This document shows, in pieces, positions 1 to 8,113 of a stretch of DNA of 46,194 nucleotides (positions are counted from its first letter, which is position 1; every line of letters begins with the position of its first letter). The notes under the pieces are model-generated. The model made no database searches. It worked only from the letters and a program-made list of their open reading frames with translations, and had not been told where the DNA came from. The position numbers and the translations under genes are program-made. The stretch is taken from the IMG/VR virus record IMGVR_UViG_3300006467_000162. The stretch is one strand, 5' to 3'. The stretch is from a virus.

Positions 1-127
1 CCAGCGCGAAGGGCGATATCCCGCTGCATGTTCTGAACACGAACCTGATCAAAGACACAATCAGCAACGCCCTCGAGCGGGAAGAGCCCGGCCCGAATTA
101 CTGCCACTTCCCGGACTGGCTCGGAGA
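1..127. repeat. Terminal direct repeat, identical to 46068..46194 (circular-contig overlap)
   Basis: Read at both ends: ccagcgcgaagggcgatatc...ccggactggctcggaga. The terL frame is continuous across the junction. Confidence 0.95.
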
Positions 128-413
128 TTGGTTCTTTGAAGAACTGACCTATGAGCAGCGCCTGGACAACGGCAAATGGGAGAAGCCCGGCAAGGGGCCT
201 AACGAGGCCTTTGACCTTTTCGTTTACGCCGATGTTGCCGCCACAAAGAAGGGCTACGACAAGATCAATTGGGAATCACCCCCACCGTGGGCCCGGGACT
301 GGGACAGCAACACCGAGATCCAGGCAGACGGAGAACGCTCAACGAATCGCAAATCAACAGTGCCGCCGGCTCAACGCCAGCGCAGGCGCTCCAGAATCAG
401 GTTTCAATCCTAA
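1..413 (+). CDS. terL: Terminase large subunit, C-terminal part (continuation of 44423..46067 across the circle junction; codon phase starts at base 3)
   Basis: Frame 3 is open from base 3 to TAA at 411-413. It reads SAKGDIPLHVLNTNLIKD...NYCHFPDWL, the same residues as the window end. The joined length 1645+413 nt is divisible by 3. Confidence 0.9.
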   Translation, partial: SAKGDIPLHVLNTNLIKDTISNALEREEPGPNYCHFPDWLGDWFFEELTYEQRLDNGKWEKPGKGPNEAFDLFVYADVAATKKGYDKINWESPPPWARDWDSNTEIQADGERSTNRKSTVPPAQRQRRRSRIRFQS

Positions 414-622
414 TGGCATTTACCCAAGACGATCTGACCGTGATCAATGATGCGATTGCGACCGGCGAGCTGGAAGTGCAGTTTGCGGACGGCAAGCGCG
501 TTCGATATCGCTCCATCAATGAACTGATGCGAGCCAAGCAACACATTCAGGAATCGCTCGATTCGGCTGGTGGCAAAGTGCCGAAGCGCGGGCTTCGCCT
601 AAACGTGAGCAAGGGGGTTTAA
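413..622 (+). CDS. Head-tail joining protein, lambda gpW-like
   Basis: ATG at 413 overlaps the terL stop (TAATG). The 69-aa product MAFTQDDLTVINDAI..DGKRVRYRSINELMRAKQHIQ..RGLRLNVSKGV has gpW-like size, position (between terL and portal) and sequence pattern. Confidence 0.6.
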   Translation: MAFTQDDLTVINDAIATGELEVQFADGKRVRYRSINELMRAKQHIQESLDSAGGKVPKRGLRLNVSKGV

Positions 623-623
623 G

Positions 624-2063
624 GTGACCAAACCAAGAATCCGTGTTCGCGCTGGCGAAGTGCCGAAATACAAGGCGCAGGCCTATGAGGGCGCTACTCA
701 TGGCCGCCGGGCCACGGGCTGGAATGCCCCGGCCACCGGCCCGAACCGGGCACTCAATTCCTCACTGACCACTCTCCGAAACCGGGCCCGCCAGGGTTTC
801 AGAAACAACCCATGGCTTGAGCGCGGCATCACTCGGAACGTGGTCAACGAGATCGGCACAGGAATCACGCCGCTCTTTGCATCGAGCAACACAGAATTCA
901 ATGACGCCTTGTCCGAGCTCTGGACACCCTGGACTGGCATGGCCTGCCCAGATGGCACGCTGGATTTCTACGGGATGTTGGCACAGGCATGCCGAAGCCG
1001 CCGAAGCGCTGGTGAAGTATTCATCCGGCTGCGCTCCCGCCCGGCTTCATTCGGAATGGCTGTGCCTATCCAGCTGCAGGTGATAGAGCCGGACCATGTT
1101 CCGGAGACGATGAACCGTACCCGGGCCAATGGCAATCGCATCATTGCAGGAATCGAGTTCAACAAACGCGGCCAGCGCGTTGCGTACTGGATGTATCCGG
1201 AGCACCCGCAGGACAACGACGGCATGATCATGGCCGCCAAGGCTCTGCGGATTCCGGCTAACCAAGTGATTCACCACTATTTGCCGCTCCGCCCCGGCCA
1301 AGTCCGTGGCGAGCCCGATGTGGTTCAAGCCCTGCTGCGGGCGAAGACATACGACAGCTACGAAGACAGCGAACTGGTCCGGAAAGAAACCCGGGCACCG
1401 TTCACCGGCTTCCTGCAAAAAGAATACTCCGGCGAGAACGATTGGCAGTATGACCCAATCACCGGCGAACCGGTTGGTGATGATGACCCGTTGCCAGAAA
1501 TCAGCGCCCAACCTGGAACAGTTCTGACCGGTGCAGCTGGTGAGAAGCTGACCCTGTTTGACGGTGACAACACCGGCGCCGGCTATTCCGATTTCCAGCG
1601 GCAGCAATTGCTGGCGGTGGCTGCTGGCACCAAGTCACTTTATGAGCTGATGACCGGTGACTGGAAGAACATCAATGACCGGGTTTACCGGGCGATGATC
1701 AACGAATACCGCCGCGAGATCGAAATGGCCCAGGACCATCTGGCCATCCATCAGGTTTGCGAGCGTGTCGGCTTCTGGTTCACAGATGCCGCGGTTCTGT
1801 CCGGTGCCGTCAGTGCTCCGGGTTACTCGCAACGGTATGACGACTACAACAAGCGTGACTGGCGCACCCAGCGCTGGCCGCACATTCACCCAGAGCAAGA
1901 CGTTAACGCTGTCATCAAGGAGCTGGACAACGATCTGGAAAGCCTGGATGCGGCCGTGGCCAAGCGAGGATATCGCGCCCGCGATGTTCAGCAGGCCAAC
2001 GTTGACGCCCGAAAGCGCAAATCAGAAATGCTCCGTAAGGCGGAGCTCAGCCAAGAGGAATAA
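624..2063 (+). CDS. Portal protein, lambda (gpB) family
   Basis: 479-aa ORF directly after the gpW-like gene and before the protease, in lambda head-module synteny. GTG start follows a G-rich SD. Confidence 0.85.
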   Translation: MTKPRIRVRAGEVPKYKAQAYEGATHGRRATGWNAPATGPNRALNSSLTTLRNRARQGFRNNPWLERGITRNVVNEIGTGITPLFASSNTEFNDALSELWTPWTGMACPDGTLDFYGMLAQACRSRRSAGEVFIRLRSRPASFGMAVPIQLQVIEPDHVPETMNRTRANGNRIIAGIEFNKRGQRVAYWMYPEHPQDNDGMIMAAKALRIPANQVIHHYLPLRPGQVRGEPDVVQALLRAKTYDSYEDSELVRKETRAPFTGFLQKEYSGENDWQYDPITGEPVGDDDPLPEISAQPGTVLTGAAGEKLTLFDGDNTGAGYSDFQRQQLLAVAAGTKSLYELMTGDWKNINDRVYRAMINEYRREIEMAQDHLAIHQVCERVGFWFTDAAVLSGAVSAPGYSQRYDDYNKRDWRTQRWPHIHPEQDVNAVIKELDNDLESLDAAVAKRGYRARDVQQANVDARKRKSEMLRKAELSQEE

Positions 2064-2066
2064 ACC

Positions 2067-3137
2067 ATGTCATGGTTCAAAGCACAGGCTTCCGGTGACC
2101 GGACGGCCAAGGTAGTTATTGACCGGGCCATCGGTTCGGACTGGGCTCCGGACTGGGTGGCCGACTTTACCGGCGAGCAGCCAGCCCGCGAATTCATCGA
2201 GGCAGTTGACGCCCTGGGCGAGCTCGATCGGATTGATCTTGAGATCAACAGCCCAGGTGGTGATGTGGCCTCTGGCGTCCGGATCATGAATTACCTGAAA
2301 AGCCACCAGGCTGAAGTTCACGTAAAGGTCACCGGCATGGCGGCCAGCATCGCTACCGTGATCATGCTGGGCGGTGACACCCGCACCATGGGCGTGGGCA
2401 CCAGCATCATGACCCACCGCGCTTCCACCCTGATGATGGGTTACTACAACCGCAAGGAACTGGAAGATCACGCAACCGGTATCGCTGCCATTGATAGCGC
2501 CATCGTTGATGCATACGTGGCCACCACCGGAAAGACCGCTGAAGAAATCAACGAACTGCTGGACCGTGGCGATGTATACATGGGCGCGGATGAGGCCATT
2601 GAATGGGGCTTCGCCACCGACAAAGACGCCAAGCTGAAAGCAGTTGCCAGTGCCGACCCGGCTCAGTTCCGTCAGCAGATCGAAATGCAGGGCAAGATCC
2701 GGGCGGCTGAAGCCGAAGCGGCTGGCTATAAGGCTCAACTTGAAGCGCAGAACAAATCCCTGGACGAATTGCGTACCGAGCTTGAGGCCTTCAAGAACCC
2801 GGCTGCTGCCAGCGCAGACGAAGTTATTGCGCTGTGTTCTGAGGCTGGCTTCGATTCGCTGGCCGTTTCCATGGCCAAAGAGAAATTGCCGATGGCCACT
2901 GTTCAGGCCCGCCTGAAGCTCGCCGCAGAAGTAAAAGACATTGCAACTGCTGGCGGCCTTGATGCCGATGTGCTGATGAAGCACGTTTCCGACCCCACCC
3001 AGATGCTCCGGACTGCGATCGCAGAGGCGAAAGCCCTCGTTGATCAGGATCTTGAGCATCACCACACGCCCGGCCCGGGCAACAGTAAACAGCCTGACGC
3101 AAGAAAGGCCTATTCCCAACTGAATAACCAAGCGTAA
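2067..3137 (+). CDS. Prohead serine protease (ClpP/S49-like) with C-terminal coiled-coil scaffold-like region
   Basis: Motifs INSPGGDVASG and GMAASIATVIMLGG. The Ala/Glu-rich C-terminal half is as in lambda C/Nu3. GAGGA SD. Confidence 0.85.
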   Translation: MSWFKAQASGDRTAKVVIDRAIGSDWAPDWVADFTGEQPAREFIEAVDALGELDRIDLEINSPGGDVASGVRIMNYLKSHQAEVHVKVTGMAASIATVIMLGGDTRTMGVGTSIMTHRASTLMMGYYNRKELEDHATGIAAIDSAIVDAYVATTGKTAEEINELLDRGDVYMGADEAIEWGFATDKDAKLKAVASADPAQFRQQIEMQGKIRAAEAEAAGYKAQLEAQNKSLDELRTELEAFKNPAAASADEVIALCSEAGFDSLAVSMAKEKLPMATVQARLKLAAEVKDIATAGGLDADVLMKHVSDPTQMLRTAIAEAKALVDQDLEHHHTPGPGNSKQPDARKAYSQLNNQA

Positions 3138-3152
3138 CCCTGGAGGTTAACC

Positions 3153-3488
3153 ATGAAAACTGAAGCAACCCGTGCCGGTGAATTTCTGGTCTCAGAAGCT
3201 AACGGCAAGCGTTCCCGCGAATCCATCACCGTGACCGGCGGCCCTTACCCTGCTGGCCAGGTGCTGGGCAAAATCACCGTTTCCGGAAAGTACACCGCCT
3301 ACGCATCAGGCGCGAGCAACGGCACCGAAACAGCCGCAGCCGTTCTCTGGGATGCCGCTGATGGCTCCGCTGCCGATGTGACCGCTGTTGGCGTTGTTCG
3401 TGATGCAGAAGTTGCCGAAGCAATGCTCACCGGTGAAGACGCAGACGCGATCACCGACCTTGCCGCCATCGGCATCATCACCCGCTAA
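3153..3488 (+). CDS. Head decoration protein (lambda gpD-like)
   Basis: 111 aa, lying between the protease and the major capsid gene. GGAGG SD. N-terminus ...AGEFLVSE... is typical of gpD-like proteins. Confidence 0.6.
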   Translation: MKTEATRAGEFLVSEANGKRSRESITVTGGPYPAGQVLGKITVSGKYTAYASGASNGTETAAAVLWDAADGSAADVTAVGVVRDAEVAEAMLTGEDADAITDLAAIGIITR

Positions 3489-3532
3489 TCGGCGGCAACC
3501 GCTGAATCAAATCTGAGATCAGGAGAAACAAC

Positions 3533-4522
3533 ATGGCTACACTGGACATTTTCAATGACGATGCATTCAGCCTTTCGAGCCTGACTGCTGCGATCAACGA
3601 AACCCCTTACGTTCCTGGCCGCCTTGGCGCCCTGGGACTGTTCGACAACGAAGGTATCAACACCACTCATCTGAGCATCGAAAAAGACGGTGCAACGCTG
3701 GCTCTGGTTCCGGCTGCCGATCGTGGCGCTCCTGGAGTGCAGGTCAATGGCGACAAGCGGAAGATGATTCCCTTTAACACGCTGCACCTTCCGGCGGAAT
3801 CCACCATCATGGCGGACGAGATCCAGAACCTTCGGGCTTTTGGTTCAGAGTCAGAGGCAGAGGCTGTTGCCAACTACGTTGCGAAGCGCCAGGCAAAACA
3901 CCGCCGGCAATTGGACGCCACCATGGAGCACCTAAAGATCGGTGCAGTGAAGGGCATCATCATGGACGCTGACGGAACCACGCCGCTGGTGAACACCTTC
4001 ACCGCGTTTGGTATCTCGCAAACCACCCATGATCTGGTCCTTGGCACCGCGGGCACTAAAGTCAGAACGAAGTGCCTTGAAATTCTCGATAAAATCGAGG
4101 ATCAGCTTGGCGGTGTTTCGTTCACATCGGTTCGCGCGGTGCTTGGTCGCACAAAGTTCAAGCAGTTCGTTGATCACCCCGCCGTAACCGAGGCTTACCA
4201 GCGCTGGCAGGACGGCTCCGCCCTCCGCGATGATGTTCGCGGCGGTTTTGAGTTCGGTGGCATTATCTGGGAGCAGTATCGCGGCCAGGTAGGCAGCGTG
4301 AAGTTTGTCGCGGATGATGAAGGCTACGTTTTCCCAGAAGGGGTGCCCGACCTGTTCATCGGCCGATTCGCTCCCGCCAACTACTTTGAAACCGTTGGCA
4401 CTAACGGTCTGCCTTACTACACCAAGATCGAGCCTCTTTCGATGAATAAGGGTGTAAAGGCTGAGTCTCAATCCAACCCGCTGTTCCTTTGCACCAGGCC
4501 AAACGCTGTTGTGAAGGTATAA
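3533..4522 (+). CDS. Major capsid protein (lambda gpE family)
   Basis: 329 aa. N-terminus MATLDIFNDDAFSLSSLTAAINETPYVPGRLG matches the gpE-family pattern. AGGAG SD and a hairpin downstream. Confidence 0.85.
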   Translation: MATLDIFNDDAFSLSSLTAAINETPYVPGRLGALGLFDNEGINTTHLSIEKDGATLALVPAADRGAPGVQVNGDKRKMIPFNTLHLPAESTIMADEIQNLRAFGSESEAEAVANYVAKRQAKHRRQLDATMEHLKIGAVKGIIMDADGTTPLVNTFTAFGISQTTHDLVLGTAGTKVRTKCLEILDKIEDQLGGVSFTSVRAVLGRTKFKQFVDHPAVTEAYQRWQDGSALRDDVRGGFEFGGIIWEQYRGQVGSVKFVADDEGYVFPEGVPDLFIGRFAPANYFETVGTNGLPYYTKIEPLSMNKGVKAESQSNPLFLCTRPNAVVKV

Positions 4523-4539
4523 CAGCCTGCAAACCCAAG

Positions 4540-4567
4540 CGGCCCCATCCCGGGGCCGTTTCAGTTT
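4540..4567 (+). terminator. Hairpin after the capsid gene (cggcccc-atccc-ggggccg, then tttcagttt)
   Basis: 7-bp GC stem read directly from the sequence. The U-tract is interrupted, so it is probably a partial terminator or stabiliser. Confidence 0.45.
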
Positions 4568-4581
4568 GTGGAGATTGACCT

Positions 4582-4893
4582 ATGAGTGAAAGAACCTTCA
4601 AGCGATCAGCCCGCCGGCTTTTGGAAAGCCAGGGCGTTCCTTGCACACTGACGCGCGATTCAGACGGCTCCCAGGTAACCGATGTTTATGTGCATCTGTC
4701 CCGGGATGTTGAGTTTGTTTCAGCCGGTGAAACTCAAACCAGCGAAACCCGCAATGAGGCAGAAATGCTGACCGAGGACGTTGTGACGCTCAAGAAAAAG
4801 GACGTTATTGAAATTGGTTCCGAGAGCTGGCGGGTTGAAAGGAAGCTTGCGAATGACGGTTACACAGTCCGCGTGGTGGTGAGTGAGCTATGA
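4582..4893 (+). CDS. Head-tail connector / head-closure protein (putative)
   Basis: 103 aa with a GGAG SD. It lies after the capsid gene, and its stop overlaps the next start (ATGA). Confidence 0.4.
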   Translation: MSERTFKRSARRLLESQGVPCTLTRDSDGSQVTDVYVHLSRDVEFVSAGETQTSETRNEAEMLTEDVVTLKKKDVIEIGSESWRVERKLANDGYTVRVVVSEL

Positions 4894-5465
4894 CACAGAG
4901 CTATGCGCGAGTTAACCCGGCCGATCTGAAGGATGTTCTGAATCTGCTGAAGGCATACCGCGAAGGCGGCCAGAAAGCATTGCAGCGATCTGTTAACCAC
5001 GGCGCAAAGCAAGGCCGCAAGATCTCTGTTGACGAAATGGCGAAGAAGGCCGCCCTGAAGAAGAAGACCATTCGGGGCCAGACTTCGATGTACTTTGCCA
5101 GCCTGAGTGGCCTGACCGCAAAACTGGTTATAAAAGGCAGCCCGCTCCCGTTGATGGAATACGGCGCTCGCCAGACGAAAAAGGGCGTGACCTTCAAGAT
5201 CTGGAAAGACAGCAAGCGGGAAAGGTATCGCCACGCATTTATTGCTCAGATCACCGGCAGCTCTGCAAAGGGGGTTTACGAGCGCAACATTGGAGCATCT
5301 GACTATGACGGTAGAACGCCCTTGCGATCAAAGCGTGGCCCGGCCGTGCCGAACATTTACGACAAAACCCCAGGGCTCGCCAAAAAAGCGGAAGAACTTG
5401 CAGCAACCGAAATGCTGAAAGAGCTGGACCGCCAGATCGGACTTATTGATAGAGGCTTTTTCTGA
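4890..5465 (+). CDS. Tail completion protein, lambda gpZ-like (putative)
   Basis: 191 aa, the same size as gpZ. The basic KK/RR-rich centre and the position are as in lambda. Confidence 0.45.
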   Translation: MTQSYARVNPADLKDVLNLLKAYREGGQKALQRSVNHGAKQGRKISVDEMAKKAALKKKTIRGQTSMYFASLSGLTAKLVIKGSPLPLMEYGARQTKKGVTFKIWKDSKRERYRHAFIAQITGSSAKGVYERNIGASDYDGRTPLRSKRGPAVPNIYDKTPGLAKKAEELAATEMLKELDRQIGLIDRGFF

Positions 5466-5899
5466 TGGACACGATCAGGGAGCAGGTGGTTAAAGCCATC
5501 ATTGCCAGGCTGGATTCGCTTACAGACGGCGATGTTCTTCGCCGCGAGGAATACGAAGATGCCGAGGAATTCGTTTGTGTGTGGGACGGTGAGCACCAGA
5601 CCGAAAAGGCGAAGTATGGCAAGTCTCATCACACCATGCAGGTGGTCATCGAATACCTGAAGGACAAAGCCCCGGAGCCATATTCTTCATCTGCCAATGC
5701 GATGTATGGCGAGGTGCTTGCTGCCGTCATGAAGGACGGAACCAGCACCCCTGACCCAACGCTGGGTGGCTTGGCGGTTTCCATGAATGAAACCGGAACC
5801 CTGATCCTGACGCCAGACGCAGGCCTGAAGATCATTGGATGCTCGGTGACCCTTGAAGTGATTTTTGAAACCGAGAACGGCGATCCGTTCACCCAGTAA
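5465..5899 (+). CDS. Tail terminator / tail-to-head joining protein (gpU-like position)
   Basis: 144 aa, coupled to the upstream gene (TGATG). It lies immediately before the major tail gene. Confidence 0.35.
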   Translation: MDTIREQVVKAIIARLDSLTDGDVLRREEYEDAEEFVCVWDGEHQTEKAKYGKSHHTMQVVIEYLKDKAPEPYSSSANAMYGEVLAAVMKDGTSTPDPTLGGLAVSMNETGTLILTPDAGLKIIGCSVTLEVIFETENGDPFTQ

Positions 5900-5921
5900 C
5901 CCACAACACAACCCACGAATC

Positions 5922-5946
5922 AGCCCGCCAATGAGCGGGTTTTTTT
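5922..5946 (+). terminator. Rho-independent terminator (gcccgc-caatga-gcgggt + T7)
   Basis: GC stem followed by 7 consecutive T (5940-5946), read directly from the sequence. Confidence 0.8.
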
Positions 5947-6003
5947 GTGCCTGACATTTCGTAAACCGCCCGAAATGGGCATCAGCACCCCGGAGAGAAA
6001 ACC

Positions 6004-6987
6004 ATGGCAAACGCTGAAAATGCAAAGATCCAATACGAGGGCGGCCAGAGTCAGTCACCAATGGCTGCACTGTCTGATTCTGGAGACGCAACCACATTCG
6101 AATCAGGCGCGGCCCTGTGGTCACGCCGCACTGGCTTTGAGCCGGTGGTTCGTCCTGACGGCCTGATCACTGGCGGCACCATCACGCCAGCTGCTTCTGG
6201 CGATGACAACGCGGTCGATATTTCGGCGGGAACCGCCTATGTTGGCGGCCAGCTGGTCACGTTCTCTGCGGCCACGGATATCACTTGCACCCGTGCCACA
6301 TCCACCAATACGCACATGATCAGCTCCATCACCGTGGATGGCAGTGGCACCGTTGCTGCGGCAGCTGGCACTGGCGGCACTTCATTCAGTGAGAGCCGTG
6401 GCGATGCCGGCGCGCCTCCTCTGGTTGCAGTGACTAAAATCGAGATTGGTCAGGTTCGCCTGCAGGGCACCACCGCCGCCCCTGTTGTCGCTGGTGACGT
6501 GTTCCAGGTGGTTGGCGTGCATCAGGAGCGCTACGACTTCCCGATCTACGAAGTGGACTACCGGAACGGCAACGTGGTGTTCAACTCTGCTCTGCAGAAG
6601 ATCCACACTGGGGCATTGCCCAAGAAAGTGTTCGCCAGCTACGCGGAGCCGATCTTCGCGGACGTTCCGAAAGGCTCCGATTTCGTGCCTTCCGAGACTT
6701 CGCACTCTGTCAGCTCCACCCAGATCTATGGCACCACTTTGGGCTCCACCAGCTCAACGCTGAACCAGTCAACCTTCACCGCCTATCTGAACGATGGCAT
6801 CAGTGACGGCCTGGTGAAGCTGAAGAATGAAATCCTCTGGTTCAAGTTCTTCCCGAACAAATTCCAGAACGGCTACATTCTGGAGCAAGGCAAGTTCGGC
6901 ATCAGCCGTACCTTCCCGGCCGGTGATGAGATTCAGGCATCATGCACCATTTCGCCTGAGTCCGCGGGTGTTGAGGTTACAGCGTAA
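6004..6987 (+). CDS. Major tail protein (putative)
   Basis: 327 aa with a GGAGAG SD. It lies between the terminator-like protein and the tail chaperone. Assigned by synteny only. Confidence 0.5.
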   Translation: MANAENAKIQYEGGQSQSPMAALSDSGDATTFESGAALWSRRTGFEPVVRPDGLITGGTITPAASGDDNAVDISAGTAYVGGQLVTFSAATDITCTRATSTNTHMISSITVDGSGTVAAAAGTGGTSFSESRGDAGAPPLVAVTKIEIGQVRLQGTTAAPVVAGDVFQVVGVHQERYDFPIYEVDYRNGNVVFNSALQKIHTGALPKKVFASYAEPIFADVPKGSDFVPSETSHSVSSTQIYGTTLGSTSSTLNQSTFTAYLNDGISDGLVKLKNEILWFKFFPNKFQNGYILEQGKFGISRTFPAGDEIQASCTISPESAGVEVTA

Positions 6988-7451
6988 TGCTGGACCTCAA
7001 AGCCTTCCAGAACGCCGAGTTTGTCCCGCGTGAAACGGAAGTCACGCTGGACGCTCTGAAAGAGGCCGGCTTCGGTGATGGTGTGGTGAAAGTGCGCGGG
7101 CTGACTGCGCACGAACTGGCCGAATCCGAAGAATCCGCATCAAAGGGCAAGCTGCTCTCCGATCTGGTTGAACGGCTCTCTGGCGGTGGAAAGGAGAAGG
7201 TTGGCGCCCTGATGGATGGCATCGGCTACCATCAGGACGTTCCTGCATCCTTAGCCAAGCGCCTCGAGCACGTAAGGCTGGGAACGGTTGAACCCGCCAT
7301 GGAACTGGCGGATGTTGCCAAGTTGGCTCAGGTGTTCCCGATTGAGTTCAGCATCATGGCCAACAAGATCATGGAGCTGACCGGGAAAGGCCAACAGGCC
7401 CAGGTAAAGCGAAAGCCCTCTGGAGCGAAGCAAGCATCCAAGCCAGCCTAG
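6987..7451 (+). CDS. Tail assembly chaperone (gpG-like)
   Basis: 154 aa, acidic N-terminal half, located directly upstream of the tape-measure region. The -1 frame stays open to 7570. Confidence 0.55.
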   Translation: MLDLKAFQNAEFVPRETEVTLDALKEAGFGDGVVKVRGLTAHELAESEESASKGKLLSDLVERLSGGGKEKVGALMDGIGYHQDVPASLAKRLEHVRLGTVEPAMELADVAKLAQVFPIEFSIMANKIMELTGKGQQAQVKRKPSGAKQASKPA

Positions 7452-7641
7452 CCCTTGCAGAAAAGAATGGCCGGTTTCTCTTTGAGATCCGGCCAGATGT
7501 TTTTCCAGAGGGCTATCTGACTGATGCGGAAATGAGCCTTTGGGCTATGTGGTACAGGCAAAAGAAATAGCCCCCATTCTGGGGAGGTTTGCCGCCGAGG
7601 CTTTGTGCTACGCTCATCAGGTACATGACACGGAGGTACAC

Positions 7642-8070
7642 ATGCGCCTGATTCTGCTTCTTCTCACAGCTCTCTCGTTTCCCGCATTGGCCCAGGTTTA
7701 CAAGTGGACTGACGCTGATGGCAATGTTCACTTTGGCAATCAGCCACCCCCTGGACAAAGTGAGGAAGTGAAGATCCGGGCGAGCTCTCCCGGCGATATG
7801 GGAGCAAGTCAAAAAGAGAAACTGGTGAGCTCAGATTCTGCCGAGAGCACCGTGGTCACGGAGAACGCTCCGGAAACCGCCTTTGTAAGAGCTCGGGAAA
7901 GTGCAAACAGAAATGCGTGCAATCTCGCCCGCCTGGAGCTAGAAAGCGCCGAAAGGATGCTCACCTTGGCCCAGAGCCAGGGCGCATACAATTTTGTATT
8001 GAAGCGCCGAGCTCAGACCGTTGAGCACTGGCGAGATCGGGTTGAGCTCCACTGCCGGCCCACTGAATAA
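7642..8070 (+). CDS. Secreted DUF4124-domain protein (moron)
   Basis: ATG at 7642 lies 5 nt after a GGAGG. Signal peptide MRLILLLLTALSFPALA, then VYKWTDADGNVHFGNQPP, the DUF4124 signature. Confidence 0.8.
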   Translation: MRLILLLLTALSFPALAQVYKWTDADGNVHFGNQPPPGQSEEVKIRASSPGDMGASQKEKLVSSDSAESTVVTENAPETAFVRARESANRNACNLARLELESAERMLTLAQSQGAYNFVLKRRAQTVEHWRDRVELHCRPTE

Positions 8071-8087
8071 ATAAGCTTACTTCCACA

Positions 8088-8113
8088 GAACCCTGCTCCG
8101 GCAGGGTTTTTTT
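8088..8113 (+). terminator. Rho-independent terminator (gaaccctgc-tccg-gcagggtt + T-run)
   Basis: 9-bp stem, 4-nt loop and a 7-T run ending at the tape-measure start codon. Confidence 0.8.

Noticed and set aside
1-127. The 127-bp repeat as a genuine direct terminal repeat of the virion DNA.
   Set aside because: It falls in the middle of the terL coding sequence, and a lambda-like cosN exists at about 43793. An assembly overlap of a circular molecule is far more likely.
2070-3131. 353-aa ORF on the minus strand opposite the protease gene. Similar long antisense ORFs occur at 8509..9222, 12795..13484, 32850..33620, 33858..34544 and 34938..35582.
   Set aside because: These are mirror-frame ORFs of clearly motif-bearing plus-strand genes in GC-rich DNA. 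The translations are Arg/Gly/Ala-rich with no motifs, and no SD or coupling context is present.
7383-7389. GGGAAAG, the lambda G/GT slippery heptamer, inside the tail chaperone gene.
   Set aside because: In this gene it is read GGG-AAA-G in the zero frame, so a -1 slip would re-pair on CGG-GAA. The register is wrong for canonical X XXY YYZ frameshifting.
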